Below, piece after piece: positions 59,999 through 64,000 of a stretch of DNA of 64,000 nt. Location of the stretch: the NCBI GenBank assembly GCA_964430885.1, contig CAYSHM010000006.1, forward strand, positions 64,001 through 128,000. The letters are read 5' to 3'. A model generated the notes under the pieces. It made no database searches. It was not told where the DNA came from and saw nothing but the letters and a program-made list of their open reading frames with translations. Source of the stretch: an uncultured archaeon (GTDB lineage Archaea > Thermoplasmatota > Penumbrarchaeia > JASLWR01). A program made the translations under genes and the position numbers. Each line of letters starts with the position of its first letter. Within the stretch, counting starts at the first letter, position 1.

Positions 59999-61831
59999 TC
60001 AATCCACAGTAAGCGTCTTGCTGAGGTTTTTAGGGTAATCTGGATCGATTCCCTTGAATTTGGACCAGTAATATGCCAGCAGCTGGAGGGGTATTACATT
60101 GATTAGGGGTGCCAGGTTCGGCCCGGCCCTCTGGGTTGCCAGGAAATGAGTGGCATTTTCCCGTAGGGGTCTGGAATCCTCGCTTATGACAATGACCTTT
60201 CCCTTTCTGCATGACACCTCGTTCATATGGGATATTATCATATAGGTGTCCTCCGGGGTTGTTACATATATCACGGGATAGCCCTTCTCCACAATGGATA
60301 AGGGCCCATGCTTGAACTCGCTGGAGTACATCCCTTCGCAATGAGCGTATGTGATCTCTTTGATCTTCAGCGCGCCTTCCATTGCAATGCCGTGACATGT
60401 ACTGTATCCCAGGCAATAACAATCCTCGACGTTGATCATCTTCTTTGCCATTCCCCTGCATTTGGTATCTACCTTTGTTATTGTGCGTGAAAGCAGGTTC
60501 GGGAGTGTGAACAGTTCTTTCAGCAGTTTGCGGTATTTCTTTTCAGAGAGAGTTCGGTTCCTCCATCCCAGTCTTAAGGCAAGGTAATAGAACATGACCA
60601 GCTGGTTAACAAAAGTTTTTGTTGCAGGTACACTTATTTCCAGATCACACACAAGGGGTAGGTATATGTCCGTGTTCAGCATCAATGTTGATCCCAGAAC
60701 ATTCAGTATTCCGAGGACTTTGCCCTTCTCCGTCTTTCTAAGGAAGTTCAATCCGTTGATAATGTCCTTTGTTTCCCCGGATTGCGAAACGAAAATGACA
60801 CAATCATCATCCTGAATTGAGTAGCCGTATGCGTCAATGAACTGACCTGCGATTACAGGGATCACCGGTTTTGCGGCAAATTTGTTGAAGAAGTATGAAC
60901 CGGTTACCGTGGCATTATATGATGAACCGCATGCTACGATATACAATCGGTTTGATTCCTTGATTGCGGTTATGAAATCTTCAGTAAAGGCGGAGGCCTC
61001 AAGATTGTCAAGAAGCATGGCCGCCCGTTTTGGCTGATCGTGGATCTCCTTCAGCATGAAGTGTTCGAAACCTCCCTTGGTTGCATTCTCAGGATCGAGA
61101 TCGCTTTCCTTTGCCTCTCTTTCAATGCGTTCCCCGGTTTCCAGGGAGAAAATCTCATAGTCCTGATGATCATATCTTATCACTTCTCCGTCGTACAGGC
61201 TGAGTATCCTGTTTGTCAGAGGCAATATCGATGGCAGATCGCTTGAACAGCAGATAAAACCATCTCCAATACCCATATACAGGCTGCTTCCCTTTTTGAC
61301 AGCATATATCTCGTTCTTTTTTTCAGAGGTGATCAAATATGCATAGTCGCCCACGAGGTCCTCATTACTCCGCATAATAGCTTCCTTCATGTTCTTATAA
61401 TTGTTATCCAGATATTTCTCTACTGTGTGGACCACCATTTCCCCATCGTTCCAGCCTCTAACATTGTGGCCTTCTTTGATATAGAGTTCCTTCAATTGGG
61501 TGCAGTTAACGATATTTCCATTATGGGCGCCAACCATTTTACCGGAACAGTCAAGATGCGGCTGTGCGTTCCTTTTGGATGGTCTGCCGAATGTTGCCCA
61601 TCTAAGCTGTATGATCCCTCTTGATCCCTTCATGTTCTCAAGTTCATAGTTCTCGGCGACCTGCTCAATGGTCCCGGCGTCCTTTCTGAGATCGATTTGT
61701 CCCTTTTCATCAACAGTGGCGATTCCAACAGAGTCATATCCCCTGTAAACCAGCTTTTTTCCAGCCTCGAGAATTATCTTACCGAGTTCAGGATTGTTCC
61801 TGTCAAATACAATACCGAATATTCCACACAT
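59999..61831 (-). CDS. glmS: Glutamine-fructose-6-phosphate transaminase (isomerizing)
   Basis: MCGIFG, YRGYDS, HNGNI, SQSGET, EGALKIKE, KHGP and PKNLSKTLTVD motifs. Confidence 0.95.
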   Translation of the reverse strand: MCGIFGIVFDRNNPELGKIILEAGKKLVYRGYDSVGIATVDEKGQIDLRKDAGTIEQVAENYELENMKGSRGIIQLRWATFGRPSKRNAQPHLDCSGKMVGAHNGNIVNCTQLKELYIKEGHNVRGWNDGEMVVHTVEKYLDNNYKNMKEAIMRSNEDLVGDYAYLITSEKKNEIYAVKKGSSLYMGIGDGFICCSSDLPSILPLTNRILSLYDGEVIRYDHQDYEIFSLETGERIEREAKESDLDPENATKGGFEHFMLKEIHDQPKRAAMLLDNLEASAFTEDFITAIKESNRLYIVACGSSYNATVTGSYFFNKFAAKPVIPVIAGQFIDAYGYSIQDDDCVIFVSQSGETKDIINGLNFLRKTEKGKVLGILNVLGSTLMLNTDIYLPLVCDLEISVPATKTFVNQLVMFYYLALRLGWRNRTLSEKKYRKLLKELFTLPNLLSRTITKVDTKCRGMAKKMINVEDCYCLGYSTCHGIAMEGALKIKEITYAHCEGMYSSEFKHGPLSIVEKGYPVIYVTTPEDTYMIISHMNEVSCRKGKVIVISEDSRPLRENATHFLATQRAGPNLAPLINVIPLQLLAYYWSKFKGIDPDYPKNLSKTLTVD

Positions 61832-61941
61832 ATCTTCAGGCTATGGAATGGATTTTATTTAAGCTCACGGCCTAGAGTTTAATTTTTAAGAACCATTTTA
61901 GAGAAATACTCGAAACCCGTCTACTGGGCATTTTAGTTTCT

Positions 61942-63450
61942 CTATTTGTTGATCTTCAGTAAAGGCGGAATATATTTCTTCTTGAGGGAGGACCCGCTGA
62001 ATAGAGCTAGAACTGTGAATATCTCCAGTCTGCCGATCCACATCAATAGGGCAAGAATGATCTTGCTGGCATCAGGAAGGAATGCGAAATCCTTGGTAGG
62101 TCCTACCTGGTACAAACCCGGACCGACATTTCCAATACATGCCGCAGTGGCCGATGCGCCGGATATTATATCCAATCCCAATCCTATTACAGCGCCCGTT
62201 CCCAGCAGGAATAGCAGCAGATAGATCAGGAAAAAGGATGTGATATTGTCTATAAGGGATTCAGAGATGGCTTTTCCGCCTAAGGTGACGGGTATGACCC
62301 TTCTGCTTCTCCCCAGTTTACGGAACTTGCGTAGAATGACCTTCAGAAGGATAACTATCCGGATATTCTTGATGCCTCCCCCAGTAGATCCGGCCGAACC
62401 GCCCACGAACATTAGCATCAATAGAATGAAACGGGCCATCTCTGGCCACGCATTAAAATCGGCAGTAGCATAACCTGTTGTACTGATTATGGAAGCGGTT
62501 TGGAAGAATGACAATCTCAGACTGTCACCAGCATTTGAATTGGCATCATGTATGAAGAAGGCGATTATCACCGATGACATTAGAAATATGGTGATATAGC
62601 ATCTGAATTCCGCATCCCTCAGCATCTCCTTGACATTCCCTCTGAAGGCATAATATATTAGAGCGAAGTTCACGCCGCAGATGACCATGAAAACGGTTAT
62701 TGTCCATTGAATGGCAGGTGAAAATGCGGCGATGGAATCCACAGTGGATGAGAAACCTCCTGTTGCCATTGTTGTGAATGTGTGGTAAAGAGCATTATAG
62801 GGGTTCATTCCCAGTAAAAATAAAGCGGTGAACTCTACTATGGAAAAACCAAGATATAATAGCCACATGACCTTTGCCGTGTGGGTGACCCGGGGTTTAA
62901 GCCTGGTGATGGTAGGACCCGGGGATTCAGCCTTGATCAGTTTTATACCTCCCCTGGTGAACTTGGATAAAATAGCGACCGACAGGACTATAACTCCCAT
63001 TCCGCCCAACCACTGTATCAATGCCCTCCAGAGCATTATGCTGTGGGCATAATTATCAAGATAATCACCTGTTTCCACATGGAGAACCGTGGCCCCCGTG
63101 GTTGTGAGTCCGGACATGGATTCGAAGAAAGCGTCCACGAAGCTTGGAAGGGTATTGCTCAGCATGAAAGGAGTAGTGCTGATAAGGGCAATGATAAGCC
63201 AGCTTAGAGCGACAATGGCAAAGGCTTCCACATCCAGAAAATCATAGGGTCTCCCCAGTCTTTCCAATAACAGTCCGAGGGTAATTGTGAACAGTATGAG
63301 AAAAAGGAAATAGAATGCATTGGCAGGATATATGCCGCCTATCAGGGGTTTTTCCCAGTAAATCAATGATACCACAAGGGGGATGAGCATGAAGAAGGAG
63401 AAGAACTTCAATAATGTTCCAATGTTACCCAGAATGACTCGCCATCTCAT
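61942..63450 (-). CDS. trkH: Trk potassium uptake membrane protein
   Basis: FESMSGLTTTGAT, QWLGGMG, TGGFS, GGSAGSTGGGIK, GNVGPG and GRLEI motifs. Confidence 0.93.
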   Translation of the reverse strand: MRWRVILGNIGTLLKFFSFFMLIPLVVSLIYWEKPLIGGIYPANAFYFLFLILFTITLGLLLERLGRPYDFLDVEAFAIVALSWLIIALISTTPFMLSNTLPSFVDAFFESMSGLTTTGATVLHVETGDYLDNYAHSIMLWRALIQWLGGMGVIVLSVAILSKFTRGGIKLIKAESPGPTITRLKPRVTHTAKVMWLLYLGFSIVEFTALFLLGMNPYNALYHTFTTMATGGFSSTVDSIAAFSPAIQWTITVFMVICGVNFALIYYAFRGNVKEMLRDAEFRCYITIFLMSSVIIAFFIHDANSNAGDSLRLSFFQTASIISTTGYATADFNAWPEMARFILLMLMFVGGSAGSTGGGIKNIRIVILLKVILRKFRKLGRSRRVIPVTLGGKAISESLIDNITSFFLIYLLLFLLGTGAVIGLGLDIISGASATAACIGNVGPGLYQVGPTKDFAFLPDASKIILALLMWIGRLEIFTVLALFSGSSLKKKYIPPLLKINK

Positions 63451-63460
63451 TCGTGGCACC

Positions 63461-64000
63461 TCAAATGATCAATCCTTTTCCCTTGAAGTAGCGGTCCATC
63501 TGTTCCATCATTTCCTGGTAGCAGAATAGGAGGACTCTATCTCTCTTCTCCAGTTTGAAATCTCCTCCAGGTATAACTGTATTTCCGCCTCTCAATACCC
63601 CAATAATCAAAACACCCCTGGGCAGTTTAATTTTGTTAATCTTCTTGCCCTTTACCGAGGACCTCTTTCCCACCTTTGTCTCGAATACTATCACATCGCC
63701 TCCGTACAGGGGAATGGTCTTGAGAATTCCGAGATATCCTATCTCCCTTAGCAAAGCTTCCACGGTGAGGTTGTCTATGGAAAGAGCCAGGTCAATACCT
63801 ATGGTCTCAAGAGTTCCTTTCATGGAGGTCTTGTTTATGAGGGATATGACCTTTGGTATTTTATAAACCTTTGCAAGGAGGGATACCAGGACATTGATAC
63901 CTTCCTTCCGGGTCATAGCAACAACGGCATCCATCTCTTTCAATCCTTCCTCGAGAATCAATTTTTTATCCGTGGGATCTCCGTTGATGACCACACTGTC
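63461..64000 (-). CDS. trkA: Trk potassium uptake NAD-binding subunit (5' part outside the window)
   Basis: VINGDPTD...EEG...D.VVAMT and a TrkA-C domain LPRGVLIIGVLRGG..VIPGGD, directly upstream of trkH. Confidence 0.85.
   Translation of the reverse strand, partial: DSVVINGDPTDKKLILEEGLKEMDAVVAMTRKEGINVLVSLLAKVYKIPKVISLINKTSMKGTLETIGIDLALSIDNLTVEALLREIGYLGILKTIPLYGGDVIVFETKVGKRSSVKGKKINKIKLPRGVLIIGVLRGGNTVIPGGDFKLEKRDRVLLFCYQEMMEQMDRYFKGKGLII

Overview
This is archaeal chromosomal DNA, shown by the rpl44e-rps27e-aIF2alpha-nop10-PAC2 operon, Cbf5, archaeal coiled-coil and PRC-barrel proteins, and a tRNA-Ala lacking an encoded CCA. The many large membrane-anchored surface proteins suggest Thermoplasmatota, which is an inference. 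The outstanding feature is a ~10 kb, 12-gene, co-oriented bacterial-microcompartment (BMC) locus at 14594-24507. Its shell genes are 1 BMC-H, 2 BMC-T (one CcmP-like, one PduT-like) and 3 BMC-P. Its other genes are an acylating aldehyde dehydrogenase, a PduS/RnfC-like Fe-S flavoprotein, a bacterial-type triosephosphate isomerase, RpiB, a DeoC fusion and a flavoprotein-like protein. Four cargo proteins carry N-terminal encapsulation-peptide-like helices. This matches the sugar-phosphate-utilisation (SPU) BMC type, but it sits ~4.3 kb from archaeal ribosomal-protein genes, making it a candidate archaeal microcompartment organelle. Unusual parts include a BMC-P with a histone-H1-like Lys-rich tail, an RpiB with Asp at the catalytic Cys position, a Cys-cluster DeoC fusion and an adjacent coiled-coil DHH phosphoesterase. 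The rest of the window encodes secreted or surface proteins (a caspase-like protease, a transglutaminase-like protein, PKD proteins and tandem lamin-tail-domain paralogues) and housekeeping genes. All calls come from motif recognition by eye; no searches were run.
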